The notes under the pieces are model-generated. The model saw nothing but the letters and a program-made list of their open reading frames with translations, ran no database searches and had not been told where the DNA came from. A stretch of 64,000 nt of DNA, taken from NCBI RefSeq assembly GCF_964188315.1, contig NC_135666.1:59954001-60018000 (forward strand), read 5' to 3'. Shown here one piece after another: positions 34,836 through 48,752 of the stretch (positions are counted from its first letter, which is position 1; each line of letters begins with the position of its first letter). This stretch comes from Podarcis muralis. Lineage: Eukaryota. The position numbers and the translations under genes are program-made.

Positions 34836-36004
34836 CCGCTCAGTGCAGTGCGAGGTTGCCTAACTCAAATTGTTGGGTTGTTTTTTTTAACATTTGCTTT
34901 CCTCCTTGCCCCTGCAGTATGAGGCATTTCTGCTTTCTTAAGCCACTGTTTATTTCATATTATGCTGAAAATGCATGATAATTAAACAGTTTGATTGCTC
35001 CTTTAAAAAACAAACAAACCCAAGAACATGACACCATAAATAAACATTTACACAGAGACCATTTTATCACCAGACACTTATAACTTGAATGAAGAACAGG
35101 GTACATATTTTTTGCAGAAAGAAAGGAGCAGCCCATGCATTGCATATTATTTATTAATATAAATATAGTTCTTTTCAGAGCTAACAACTAAGGGCTCTTG
35201 ATTCTCTTCTCTATTTTGCATCTAAAATGAAAAAAAACTAAGGTGTGATTTAGCCATTTGACTACCAAACTCTAGGATCTGTCCTATGTGTTTTCTCTTC
35301 CCTTGAGTGCTTGAGAAATCTGAAGTAAGATGACTTGAGACAAGTCTGATTTTGCATCCTGGTAGAGATTGTCCAAAACAAGTGAATTGTTCGCAAAACT
35401 AACATGAGGTGTTTTGTACTACTGATGCTCAATAGGGAAGTCAGAGCATTTATGTTCTCACAAGTTAGATTCAGATAATTCTAAGAATTCATTGTTGTTA
35501 TTGCCACAAGAGTATTTATCTGAACAAAAAATAATAATATTGGTGGCTTTTTTCCCACTCCAATGCAATCAGATTTAATCAGAAGCTATAAGAATCAACA
35601 AATGACTCTATGATAAAAGACTGGAAGATGCAGTAAGTTCTGAAAAACTGCTTAGACCTCTCATTTGAATTCCCCAGCTACACAGCTCTGAAACATCTGT
35701 CTTCTCAAATGGAGCATTCCCTGTTGCCATGGAAATATTAGTCTAAAAATACCATAAGATGTGTAGTTGACATAAAAGAAATGCATGCATATTGATTCTG
35801 AATGTGGGATAAATATTCAGTGATTAACAGAGCTGGCCTCATTTTTGTGTATGTGTTTAAATTTTATTATCTGACATTGCATACTGTTGAATTTAGTGAG
35901 TGTGGCTTTTGATATGATTCATCCAGTCCAAAGCTACTCACCTATCCTGAGAAATCTATCCAATATGATAATCAATAAAATACATCATTCTTCTAGTATC
36001 AATA

Positions 36005-36303
36005 AAGGTAAAGGTACCCCTGCCCATACGGGCCAGTCTTGACAGACTCTAGGGTTGTGCGCCCATCTCACTCAAGAGGCTGGGGGCCAGCGCTGTCCGG
36101 AGACACTTCCAGGTCACGTGGCCAGCGTGACATCGCTGCTCTGGTGAGCCAGAGCCGCACACGGAAACGCCGTTTACCTTACCGCTAGTAAGCGGTCCCT
36201 ATTTATCTACTTGCACCCGGGGGTGCTTTCAAACTGCTAGGTTGGCAGGCGCTGGGACCGAGCAACGGGAGCGCACCCCGCCGCGGGGATTCGAACCGCC
36301 GAA
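36005..36303 (-). mobile_element. Sauria SINE, 5'-truncated
   Basis: Same subfamily as 23626; TSD TCTAGTATCAATA at 35992-36004 and 36304-36316. Confidence 0.92.
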
Positions 36304-37219
36304 TCTAGTATCAATACACAGGAGTAAAAGATTATGCCTGGAGCCAAATTAAGACTGTCTGCCTGCACTTTAAATAGACCTCTGTTATTATACTGCATGT
36401 GCCACCAGTGTGCTGCCTGCAGGTATATATATGCTCATAGAGGCTTTCCTTCCTTGGTGCCCACAGAATCCCTTTCCCAGCACTGAAATTAGTGTTGAGA
36501 GAAGCATGCTATTGTAGCCAGAATATTGTTGCCATGTGTGTTTGGTTGCTTGGTATGTGTGGTGTCCATGGCAGTTTTTTCAGTTTGCAAATGTGCCCAA
36601 AGGCCCCAAAACTCAGAGCCCCTGTAATACTTACCATTGTGGGGTAGGGGTGAGGATTAATCAGTGTTTTAGCACATAAACTCTGTTTGAACCAGGGCAG
36701 AGTTGAAACTATTCCCAGTTTTTCACACAGTATTTGAAAGGACCAAAAACTCATTCCCTTTTGGTCTTTCTTGCAAAAATGTTCATTTATCTGTTTCGGT
36801 TGCTCTGTGCTCATTTGCCCTCAGATGTCCTTTATGTAGCCCAAGCCAACCGATTGCGTTGATCAACATGATTTCGTTGCCAATGTCTGGTGGCATCATC
36901 ATGTCAGATATAGAGTTGTGGGATATCATTCAATTTATTTTGCAGTTCCTATTAAGATGTTATAGCCAGTGTGATGTTTTCAGAAATGGTGCCAAAGAAA
37001 CAGCAAGCAAACAAAACAGTGAAGCTAAACCGCATTGAAATATTCACACACAACCTGTTTTTTATTAAAATGAGAAAAAAGTTAATCTGCTGAAATGCAC
37101 TGTTTATTTCAACCTTTAAAATCAAAACTGGTGAAAACTCTGTACTTCCTTGGTTTCCACCTATCTGGTGCTAATGATTTGAAGCACCTTTATAAAGGTG
37201 CTTCTTTTAAAGACATCTG

Positions 37220-37355
37220 AAGGCAGCCCTGTTTAGGGAAGTTTTTAATGTGTGACATTTTAATGTATTTTTAATCTTTGTTGGAAGCCGCCCAGAGTGG
37301 CTGGGGAGACCCAGCCAGATGGGCGGGGTACAAATAATAAATTATTATTATATTA
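37220..37355 (+). mobile_element. L2 3'-end fragment
   Basis: GGAAGCCGCCCAGAGTGGCTGGGGAGACCCAGCCAGATGGGCGGGGTACAAATAATAAA + (TTA)n. Confidence 0.7.
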
Positions 37356-38465
37356 TGATCATTACCCTAGGGGTCTATTTTTCTTCCAATTACAATATAC
37401 ATGATGAAAAACCAAATGCATCAGAATTTATATGCTTAGAATGTGGGTTTCCAAGCTACATTATTAATGCAATACATAATATAGGTGAATGAGTGAATGT
37501 TTATTATTATGGCAAACTGTCAGCATACTTAATATAATTGTGTTTTTAAGTATTGGTGAGACAGGTACTGGCCTCTGAAGTGAACTCCAGGTGGAGTTCC
37601 ACACATGGTCCTTTAGATCTGAATACATCTTAGCTCTGAAATATCCTAAGAAAATGATGAGCAGTCAGATAAGGGCTAAATGGAAAGAAAGAAGTAATTT
37701 AATCACACAGTAGTGATCAGTGTCAGTGTCCACTGTAATTAAGGAATGTGAAACAGTAATCTGATCATACTGTATTATCACAAGGTTGAGTACAGTGCTG
37801 ATTTAATTTATGGGGCCTCTATACTGAGCAGTAATCAAGCCAAAATGCAGCGATTTTTCTTTTCAATTTAATTCCCTGTTTGCACAGAAACACAAATTAC
37901 TTCCCAATGGTTTTCCTGTCTTCAGTTTTTTAAAACCATTTGACCAATCAGTGTTTGCTAATAAATGCAAATGTAGCTTAATTTCCTTGTTTGACAAAAT
38001 TGGTTATAAAACAACCTTTTGTGGTTATATCTCATCTTTACATTATTTGCAAGGAAATGCTTAGCTAAGGATGAATCAACTTGTTTCGTAATTAAGCAGA
38101 CAATGCCATAAAATAAATTTTAACCTTATTTTGATACTCTCCACTGTTCATCAAACCTTCCTTAACAGATTTGTAGGGAAACACTCAACAGTAAATATGT
38201 GGGGTATGTTTTCAGATAAAATCAGTTTTAGCTGTTCCATGAATAGAAGTTTGAGAGGATTTGATAATCCAGGATGGGAAACTGGCTTAATCTTGGCATT
38301 GCTGCTTTTTATATTGAAGATAATAAATCCACCCCTTCTAGGGAAAGTTAAGCTTCTAAAGCCAAGCTAACCTTGAAGAGCAGAAAGGATTATAAAGAGC
38401 AAGTGAAATTCTGAGTGAAAGGATATTTATCCTGAAGAAGAGAGCTAAAAGAAAATGGGATAGTA

Positions 38466-39125
38466 CAGTGGTACCTTGGTTCCCAAACGCTGAAAACCCA
38501 GAAGTAAGTTTTCCGGTTTTCAAACATTTTTTGAAGCCAAACATCCAATGTGGCTGTCAGCTGTTGTTTCCTGGACCTGCACCAATCAGAAGCTGTGCCT
38601 TGGTTTTCAAACATTTCGGAAGTCAAATGGACTTCCGGAACGGATTAAGTTTGAGAACCAAGGTACCACTGTATTTGGTGCTTTTGGTTTTGCTATTTTG
38701 TGTTTTTGTTTTTGAGGCTTTTTCGGTTAATTTGTGTTTGTGACTGTGTGGAACCCAGTTCAGATGATTGATTGATTGATTGATTGGGTGACTGCAGAAA
38801 TGGATAAAAGTCCTCCCTCCAAACAATGGCTATCATCAGAGCAAGTAAGAAAAAAATAATAATTTTAATTTTCATCATCTGCAATACTGTCTTATTTATT
38901 TTATAGTACAGTACATTGATTATTGCTTTCATTTTATAGAGCAATGGTCTCGTTAGAGAGTAAAATTCATGTTAAATTGCTGTTTTAGGGGTTGTTTTTA
39001 AAGTCTGGAATGAATTAATCCATTTGGCATTACTTTCTATGGGAAAGCACGCCTTGGTTTTGAAACACTTTGGTTTTGGAATGGACTTCCGGAACAGATT
39101 AAGTTTGAGAACCAAGGTAGTACTG
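38466..39125. mobile_element. Composite Tigger-type MITE with an internal second right TIR (first end at 38671)
   Basis: TA|CAGTGGTACCTTGGTT left end; GGACTTCCGGAAC(G/A)GATTAAGTTTGAGAACCAAGGTA..ACTG|TA occurs twice (ends 38671 and 39125). Confidence 0.8.
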
Positions 39126-41309
39126 TATATGAATAGTTCTAGGAACTGATTTTACCTGAATGTGGGAATTTTTTACCTAGTGCCATGGAAGAAGATCCCC
39201 AGTGAATCATTTTGCATATTGTAGTTAGAGATGAGCCATTGTGTCCACATATGGACTTCCTGTTTTGCTTATATCTAGCAAAGAACAGCACTGGCAAAAA
39301 GGAAGGTATTCAGATTTGCACAGGAATGGGTCGTCATTGTGCCACCATCCATGTACGATACAGTTTCAGTAGTAAAAGAAGAAGAAGAAGCCAGATTTGC
39401 AGTGAGCCTGAAATATGAAGCTGAAACATCCCAGGGAAAGCAGTATTAAAGTGCCAACAAAACTTCTTTCACACACAGATTCCCTTCTTTTTTCCTTATT
39501 CTTTTTGCAATACTAAATGCATTGCAGGTTGTAAAATGACCTGATATCCTCTTGATATTTTAGAAATTGTTGGGTTGGCATGATAACTGATATACACACA
39601 AGTGCTTTGACATTACATCATCTCTAGGGAGCTGGATGGATTTGCTAACACAACTTTTGTCAGCACTAATGGAAAAGAGAAAATGACCTTGGTTACCTGA
39701 TCTAGTGAACTCTTACTGCCAAGAGAAAAATGGCAGCCATAAATTTTCCACAAGGAATTAAGCTACTCTGGGGTTTGAACCAAGGACTTCAGGAATGGAG
39801 GCTGGGATCAAGTTTGGTGAGCCACAATATTGTGGCGCACAAAGGAGAACTGACAACTGTGAGTGTTTGACAGTTTGAAGTCACGTGATTGGCCAAGCCT
39901 GATATGAAATACTAGGACCCTCGTCCTGAGTTTTGCTTGGCTAGCAGAGCAGTAATTTCTGCTTCCTCTTCTTCAGGTTCCTGCTCAGGCTTAGGGAACC
40001 TGAGCCAGAGAACATACTTGCTGTGTCTAGATTCAGGTTTGGATTCCTTTGTCCAAACCCTTATAGTAGCCAACATTTATTTGGGACCTATAAATAGGGC
40101 ACTCAGAATGAACAAAAACATACATTAGTCCTTACTTGCATTCCAGAAGTTTCTAACCAACAATGTTTTTAACTGCATATAGTTCCCTTGATTAATTTAG
40201 TGCACCCATTATCACAGGATAACTTAGCGGATTCTCTCGTTCCAGCCTTAAATCAAACCCCTGCTGTTTTATAAGAGTAGAATTATAGAACTGCAGGGTC
40301 ATCTAGTTCAATCCCCAGTAAAGCAGGAATATGGCCATCTTCTGTGAAATTTGATGTAGGCTTCGGTTTTGTTTATTTTCCCTATCTGAAGCCTCTCTTT
40401 TGAGTTTTGTCTGGATTTTCTGGCTGCTTGTTTGAGCAGAAGATGTTTCCACACTTTCTTTATAAGTCTTATCTTTTTTATCAGTATTCAAATGTCTCTT
40501 CAAATGTGTACACTTTATTTGTTATTTCTGTAGCACCTCATTAGCACTTTACAGTATTATGCCAGGATCAAAAAATTATGCCACTCGTTATTGATGTCTG
40601 ATGGGAGCTGGATTTCTATTTCTGAAGTCTAGTGCAAGAGCCTATACTCCAAAGTATGTGGCACCCGCAAGCTCTTGGGCTTGCCTAAGGTGGCTCTTTG
40701 GATCTAGGCCCTTAAGTTATTCATTCTCACAGTAGAAGGGCAAGAGGGAGGATTAGCAAAATCCTCCCTCACAGTGGCCAGAATCCAAAGGGCTTCCTGA
40801 GGTTTGCTCAAGGGCTTATGTGTGCCTGCAGGACTTTTTACTTTAGTTATTTGATTTTACAGCAGAGTCATCTGCTAGATCTCAAAATGCTTTTTGAAGG
40901 TCCCTTTGGTTTCAAAAGAAATTTGTCACAGTGGAAAGAGAGCTGCTGTTTTAGCTATACACATCTTTGAACTTGAAATCACTTATTTGAAGAGAGGTCT
41001 TCCATGTTTACCATGAACGCTTTGATATGTTGGATTAACCTGACTCTCCTGACAAAATCTAGAAAAGCAGCGTCATGCAGGAACCTTTAGAATAAGGCTG
41101 AAATCCTAAGTGCACTTGCTTCCTAGTAAATGTGCATAGGGTCATGCTATAAAGTTTATATTTAGGCAACATTTACTTTTTAAGTCAGAGAAGACTGTGC
41201 ACAAAAAATGAATCCACAGGGCTAAATTAATATTAGCTTTGTTAGGAGATATATTCTTAGGGCACAGAGAGAACTTCAGCAGGTCTATGTGTACTCATGT
41301 TTCCCTCCC

Positions 41310-41960
41310 CTTTTCTAAACGAAAAACCGTTCCTCATTGATGAGCTGCCCAGCCCCATGAACATTTTTGTTGTCCTTTTCTGAACCTTTTCCAGCTCTAC
41401 AATACAGTGGTACCTCCGGTTGCGAATGGGATCCGTTCCGGAGGTCCGGCCGCATCCCAAGGAATTCGCAACCGGAGGACCGCTTCTGCGTATGCGCGAC
41501 ATGATTGAGCGTTTCTGAAATTTATGTATCCAGAGGGTACGACTGTATCCTTTTTGTGACATGGCAACTTGAACTGTACAAAAGTATTCCAAGTGTGATC
41601 TCACCATAGATTTGTATAACAACAACACTGTGATGCGGGCAGGGTTCAAACCTTTTACTGATGATCTGTAGCATGGGATTTCTGTCATGCACTGGGTCAA
41701 CGTTTTCATCAGCATGACCCCATGATCCCAGTTCACCAGTTCAGACTCCATAAGCATTTATGTGAAGGCAGGCTTACCTGCTCCAATGTGCATCACTTTT
41801 TACAAATTTATGTTGGAGCCCATTAACCACATCAGGCCGATTAACAAAGGTTGCAGAGATCTTTGTTTACTCTTACCACTTTTGTCATCCATAAACCTGG
41901 GCACCTCACTACTCTGCCCTAACTGCAAGTCAATTATGAACAAGTTAAAAAGCACAGGAC
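41310..41960 (-). mobile_element. Decayed CR1 fragment (RT C-terminus)
   Basis: VLFNLFIIDL..PRFMDD, LYKSMVRSHLEY, LEKVQKRTTKM. Confidence 0.8.
41405..41545. mobile_element. Short Tigger-type MITE nested in CR1
   Basis: TA|CAGTGGTACCTC ... GAGGGTACGACTG|TA. Confidence 0.8.
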
Positions 41961-44149
41961 AGTTTAAAAGGTCAGGAGAAACAATTGGAAGTTTACCAAT
42001 TCTTATTTCTTTATATACTCTGTATTCTTGAAAATAAATATGTTTATTAAAAATAAATGACTCCCAATAGTGATTCATTTGTTATATCCTTCCATTGTCA
42101 AAACCATATATTTATTCTTCCTGTTCTTTAAATGATTACTAATCTATAATGGGACATTTTCTCTTATCCCACAAGTGCTAAACTTACTCAGGAGCTGTTG
42201 GTGAGGAGATATGCGCACCCAAACCTGGTGATAACAGAATAAATGATGTTCCAGGTCATTTTGTGCATAAGCCTGCCCCACCCCATTCCACCCCCTTCCA
42301 CAATTGAAAATGGCGCCAGTGTTGGCAGCCATGCACTTATCAAATGCACATGAAATGGTCACTGCCTGTACATCATGAAGGAACACTAAATAGCAGTGAA
42401 GTCTTCTGGTGCCGATTTGCCACTGGTGACTTTGAGTTTGTTAGCCAGTTTTTTCAAATGAAGTGCAAAGCTTTCATAAACCAAAGCATCCTTCCAACTC
42501 TGTCTGATTGTTAGCCAGGTCACAATCAATAAAATTTTAATCATGGGTTTAAACAGAAGGTCAGAGTTCTCACCCAAAAAGATAGAAACCAGACATAATT
42601 TGGGGTGGTGTAGCAATCTCCTGCCTTGCAGATAGCTTTTTAAAAGTCCAAACTCAAAGTGAAAACTAAAACCAGTATCAAAATGGTAAAAAGAAAAGGC
42701 TAACTAAGCATGCCTTAACACAGCATGTTTCAAATTCTCTGTGTTCAGATTCATAGGAATGTGATTGCTTAGGCACCCCTGAGAATCTATAGTGGAACCC
42801 TTCATGCTGCAGAAAATTGTGCAGCATGTTTAGGACAGACACTCTTCATTTGGGACCTCCCAGTTACCCTAAATCAGCTAAGGATGCATCCTGGAACCTG
42901 GCATGGAAAAGCTCCATTGCAGCAGTGGATTGCAAGGGGAAGATCAGTAGTGGAGAACAGGTGGACTTTCAGGGAAGCTTGCCCACTATTCCTAATCTTT
43001 GCATTGAGGAGCTCCCTGATCAGCTTCCAATAAATTCCTTGGAATACAACTTGAAAATCACAACGTCTGCTGTTACTAGCAGATTACATTGTACGCCTTA
43101 CTGATATACAGCAGCATAAAGGCAGCACCAGGAAATTGAGAAGTTTAGATTATTTGTCTTCAAGGCATCTGGTGGTTATGCAAGCAATTAACAATGCAAT
43201 CCTATCCATGTCTACTCAGAAGTAAGCCCCACTGAGTTCATTGGGACTGAGATAAGTGTGTATGATTACATCCTAAAGGGATTTATTTGAGCCTGTAGAG
43301 AGGGGTATTTTCAAACTTTATTCCATTCCTGGTGTTCCGTATTACTGCTCAGGTAGAAAGAGTGCAAGTAAAAACTCAGTAATTTAGAGAGATCAGTCTC
43401 ATCCCTTTATTGTTTGTGATGCAGTTATTTTGACTTTTATGATACATGGCAAATGAGTAAAAGGTTTTGCTGCTGAGCTGTTAAAATTCCTGCAGAGAAA
43501 ATTGCTGAATAAAAATTCAATCTGAGCTTGCAGTTCAGCTGCTGTGATCACCCAACTTGATTGCATTCCAGAATAGACATGTACAAGTCCTGCACACAGT
43601 AGGATTGAGAGTTCTGTACCTCAACAGCCACTATTTGACTCCTGTTTCAATAGGGCTGAGCCTAAACTTCCTACTTCACCCTTGTGTTCTTTCTCAACTG
43701 CATTGAAAAGTGCCTCTCAATTTGAACTAATTTTCACCACTAAGTTACAACCATTTAAGCCTATTGGCTGTGATGGCATACATTATTTTGTCCATGATGT
43801 TATGTCCTCAACACCTGAACGTGCAATGTCAAATTTGTGGGCAAATTAGGGTAATAAATATATGAACAAAAAAGGAAGGAAAATGATTATGAGAAGCAAT
43901 AGCTCATGGAATAAAGGGATGCTGACAATAATGTGAATGTTTGGTGGGGTGGGCATTTTTTGGCAGTCTGTGTCACATGCTCTAGTTTCTAAGCAAAAAT
44001 TACACAAGCTTCAGAAGAGCTCTCTCATTTTATGGCAAGGAGAAGCACTGCAATCTCAGAATGAAATTTTCTGCCCAATGATTGACTATACCTAATAGAT
44101 GAAGACCAATAGCTACTTGTTGTTAATCCAAGATGACCTTTTCTTTTAG

Positions 44150-44244
44150 CTGAAACAAAGATCTGCTTCAAATACTACCATGGAGTGAGTGGGGCACTGC
44201 GTGCAACAACCCCCAGTGTGACAGTCAAGAATAATGCAGCTCCT
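44150..44244 (+). CDS. HECW1: HECW1 coding exon (95 bp): (P)[31 protein letters not shown]
   Basis: Matches HECW1; ttcttttag| acceptor and CCT|gtaagt donor. Confidence 0.97.
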
Positions 44245-44802
44245 GTAAGTTATGCTTGCTTCTTTACAGTGCTCATCAAGTAACTTTGTGTTGCCTTTTG
44301 ACTGTCTTAAGACCCCCTACTTTGTTTTCAGTTCTAGCTGTGAGGTTGCAACACCTTTCAAAGAGGAACAAAGTGTTTGCTTTTAAGAGCGAAGAATCAC
44401 ATGGATTAGGACTCTGTATGATCAGGTCTCATGCAGTGGATTCTGTTCACACTGGGAGCTCCTCCACCACATTATTTTAGTGCCACTCACAGCTGAATGA
44501 ACCTGGGGCACGGAAATCACATTGCAGGAAGGCAATGGGTGGTGCGGAAGAGACGCCCTACCCCCTCTGAAATAAGTTTTCAAATATGTTACATCTAAAC
44601 ATTCTGGTTAAATCAGGATCATTGGCTTTTTAAAATCATAAGCAGTTTTTAATGATGAATGCAGATTTTGCTAGGTTCAACCAAGGTCCTACACTGGTTT
44701 ATGCCAGCTCAGAGAGTTGGTTTTTATTTCAATATGACATCTCAACTGCATATATAAGTGCTCTCAAAAACTGTGGCACTTGGAATGGAATATACAAAGC
44801 AG

Positions 44803-44965
44803 NNNNNNNNNNNNNNNNNNNNNNNNNNNNNNNNNNNNNNNNNNNNNNNNNNNNNNNNNNNNNNNNNNNNNNNNNNNNNNNNNNNNNNNNNNNNNNNNNN
44901 NNNNNNNNNNNNNNNNNNNNNNNNNNNNNNNNNNNNNNNNNNNNNNNNNNNNNNNNNNNNNNNNN
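44803..44965. other. Assembly gap (163 N)
   Basis: Run of N. Confidence 1.
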
Positions 44966-46123
44966 GAATATCATTATAAAGGCCATTTGTTTGTTAATGG
45001 CTTTGATGCACACATGATATCTCTTAGCCGTTGTACTGCCCACATCATGTCTCCTGTTATGACCATATAATAGAAGCACTAATAGCTTGTACATAATAAC
45101 ACTGTAATCTAACAAATTATATAGAGATATGTGATTGCAAAGTACATCCATAAACTTCCATGCTTCAGTGGCTCTTCTGAGCTCATTACACACATCAGGT
45201 AACAAATTCCCTTGTTCAGACGGCACTGGTCAGTTGCAAAAGCACCACAAATCTTAATATGGTTCTATTTTAATGGCTGGGGAGAAAATCAAGGCAAGAT
45301 GAATGACTTACTAAATGATAAGGGTACGGGATTGATTGTCACAAGGCTTTGAAAGGGCTGAGAAACAGGTGAGCTCACTTCTTGGGCTAAAATGAGGAAG
45401 GAAGAGAAGGCCTGTCCACCCTCCCCAATGTACATTTCCTGCAGCCTTAGAAGGCCCATTATCTGAACAGGATTTCATTTTCTAGGTTACTGCGCAATGA
45501 CCTCATCACTCAACAGCCATTTTACAAGTTCAAATGTCTAGCAACAATCTGGGTTTTTCCTCCCTGGGGTATTTCCTCCCTCCAGCTATTTACCTGCACG
45601 CATCTGCATGATCTGTTCTTCATGGACTTGGATCTTCCATTGAGGCACAGATTTTTTTAAAGGGGTGTTGTATAAAAGCTACATACCCTTTAGGGGGAAA
45701 TGCCAAATCTATTCCCCTGCCCTACAGGAGCATGCGACTGTTTTAGTCTTGGTTTCAAATGTATGGTGGCATTGGATCAAACTAGATGCAGCACGGCTTC
45801 CTCATGTTTGGGGATCTCAGCACATTTCTCTTTCTAAGAATGAGTCATGGGGAGGGTGGCAATTTGGGTTAAAAGTGTTTCTCCGTCTAGTGAAGTGAAT
45901 GGAAATTGCACCAGGGAAAGCTTACTGGAAAGGAAACATTTTTTTATTATCTTTAATATCAGGTCTGTTAGGTAAGGTTTTGATTTTTTCATACAGGGAA
46001 GTTGCGTTATCTGAGCTTTAATTATTCATTGCTCTAGGCTGGACAGATGAGCAGTGCAAACCTATGCACACACTCTCGGATGTAAACCCCGTTGCATTTG
46101 GTGGAGCATACTTCCGGGGGGGG

Positions 46124-46504
46124 GGGATGGAGGAGAAGTTTGATTCAGTACTGATTTAAAGCTGAATCCATCCAATTCCCACTTTCCAAAACGATGTGCA
46201 AACTGAAACACAGTTAGCCTTCAAAATTCACATTTTTTTTTCTGAATTTTGCAATGCAGATCTCCAAACAAACAGTTCCAACAGAAATGCATATATTTGG
46301 GGAAAGTGAACAGAATATATAAAACCGCATTGTTCAAAACAGTACATAAAAAAATGTGTTTGTTGGGAGAAATTCATACCAAATGCTGGTGAATTTTCAT
46401 GATTTTTAAAAATTGTGTATTACTACAAAATGTTGAGAACTGAATTTAAAATTGGAATAATGAGAAACTTAGAGAACTGAAACTGACAGCTGCCTCCATC
46501 CCTA
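46124..46504. mobile_element. Non-autonomous DNA element with GGGATGGAGG..CCTCCATCCC ends
   Basis: Short TIR; the right-end motif GAACTGAA..TTGGAA.AATGAGAAACT..TGACAG..CCATCCCTA is also at ~29140-29195. Confidence 0.6.
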
Positions 46505-47574
46505 CTTCTAGATAAGTATACATATGATTGCACCCTAAGGGCTGGATTCAACTAAACAGTTGCACTAGCAGGAGCTAGGGCAACAAGTACTGCTTGTGCA
46601 ACAGGGCTTTCCTCCCTCTCCTCCCCCTGCATACTCCTTGAGTCCCCCAAATTGGCTCGGGGGGGGGGAGCAGTTTGGAGAATGCCCAGAACAGGATTCA
46701 GGGGGGAGTAGAGGAGACACTGTTTCATTTGGCAAACAGAAATGCTTGACCTGGCAGAACGATTGCCTTAGCGCAAGGTTGAATCTCACCCAAGATGTGT
46801 AGCCTCTCATCTAAGCCCTGATTAAATGGTGAATAACCCTGAAAATAATTTGGGTAAACAAAGTTGTGTTGCGGTGTAGCAGACCACAACTGGGTATTAA
46901 TTTAAAATGTAAATAACGAAAAAGGCTGTACTTGAAGAGCAAAATTCAGCAAAACCAACTAACCAGGTTTTGCAAGTTGTTCACTACCTAGAAACTCTTT
47001 CAGAGGAACATCTGGTCAATTTTTTAAAATGCTGATTTTTCTGGCCTTGATTGTGCTTTGCTGGATATTTTAGGGAAGGAACTTGCTCATACAAGCAGCT
47101 CTACTAAAAGAGCAGCAAAAGGTCTAACTTAATGTGAATGAAGCAAAGCAGCTATGATTAGTCAGCAGTTTGCTATGCTAATCTCACTCTGCTGTACCTA
47201 GCCAGGATTGCTAGAATGGCAACTTGGAGACTGTTGAAGTCGTGTTGGGCTTGAGATTGTGCTTTGCTGCCATGATTTGAGTGGTGAATGAAAAGGTCCC
47301 TGCATCATTACTGGTGGGCACAGAGAGGTACCACTGGTAACAGAGGGTAAATATTTCTGAATGGCTAGTGGCACTCTGCAGGCACCTTCCCCTTGCTGAT
47401 CAAACAGCTAAGTCTATATGCGTGTGCCCCCCTTTTCAAAGAGCTAAAATGCCACTACTGCTCAGGAGCAGAGGGGATTGGATTCCATATTTTCCCGGCC
47501 AAACTTGCTGGTTTCATCTTTTTCCAAAAACAGCTCTGAAAGTGCAGCTCTGTGATGTTCTACATGCAAAGGTA

Positions 47575-48752
47575 TTTCATGTTTCCAGGATGCCACATAT
47601 CAGCAATGGTGACCAAACACTTGAGGTGGTAGATGATTTTGTCTACCTGGGTTCCACCATAACCAGCAACCTCTCCATCAACACTGAGCTGGACAGGCAT
47701 ATTGGCAAGGCAGCTATGCCAATGGCTCATCTCTCCAAAAGAATATGAGAGAATGTGATCCTAACATCCAGTACCAATATGAAGGTCTACCAGGCTTGCA
47801 TGTTGAACACACTGCATTATGGATGTGAGTCATGGGCAACTTACAGCTGCCAGGAGTGACATCTCAACGCCTTGCACATGCACTGCATCATGAAGTTTTG
47901 GGCATCACATGGCAGGACAGAGTCTCAAACAAAAATGTGCTCTCCCAAGCTCATATTCCCAGCATGTTTACACTGGGAATAGTCATGTCCGTATAATGGA
48001 AGATGGCAGGATTCCTAAGGACATGCTGTGCAGTGAGCTGATTTCAGGCACCTGACCAGTTCTGTGCTACAGAGATGTCTGCAAATGTGACATCATCATC
48101 ATCATCACCATCACCATCATAAATTTATATACAGTGGTACCTCGGGTTACATATGCTTCAGGTTACAGACTCCGCTAACCCAGAAATAGTACCTTGGGTT
48201 AAGAACTTTGCTTCAGGATGAGAACAGAAATTGTGCTCCGGCAGCGCGGCAGCAGCGGGAGGCCCCATTAGCTAAAGTGGTGCTTCAGGTTAAGAACAGT
48301 TTCAGGTTAAGAACAGACCTCTGGAACAAATTAAGTACTTAACCTGAGGTACCACTGTACTGCCCTTCACTCGAAGATCTTGGGGGCAGTTCACAAGATA
48401 AAAATATAGGATAAAGGCACAAAATAGTTGAAAAGAAAAGAAAAACTCTTGGCAGCATCAAAACCAACCCTGCCATGCGGGAATCCCTTGCAGATGACCA
48501 TAGAGCATGGAGACAGACAGTCAGGTTTTGCATCCATAGCAGTGACCAGAGAAGGAATGGCTGCTGGGAGGAGGACAGAGAGAAGAAATGCCATGGGGCT
48601 TCTGCAGCAGCAGCACCAGCCATCTTCCTCTGTCCAAGATGCAACAAAGCATGTCTCTCCCTTGTCGGTCTCTACAGCTACAAGCAGATGCTGTGTGACA
48701 ATGGCACACTCCTCCATTGCCTCCTGAGACAGACAGATGCAAACCAACAACA
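47575..48752 (+). mobile_element. 5'-truncated RTE-clade LINE (RTE-1/Expander-like), interrupted
   Basis: LEVVDDFVYLGSTI, IGKAA, KVYQAC..LHYGCESW; C-terminal CPRCNKAC..GLYSY; (CAA)n tail; insertion at ~48089-48465. Confidence 0.85.
48132..48357. mobile_element. Tigger-type MITE nested in an L2-like tail nested in the RTE
   Basis: TA|CAGTGGTACCTCGGGTTAC ... AACCTGAGGTACCACTG|TA; flanks rejoin to AAATTTATA(TA)CTGCCCTTCA, an L2/SINE-type 3' end. Confidence 0.9.

Noticed and set aside
44652-45226. ORFs spanning the N gap
   Set aside because: Artefacts of translating Ns.
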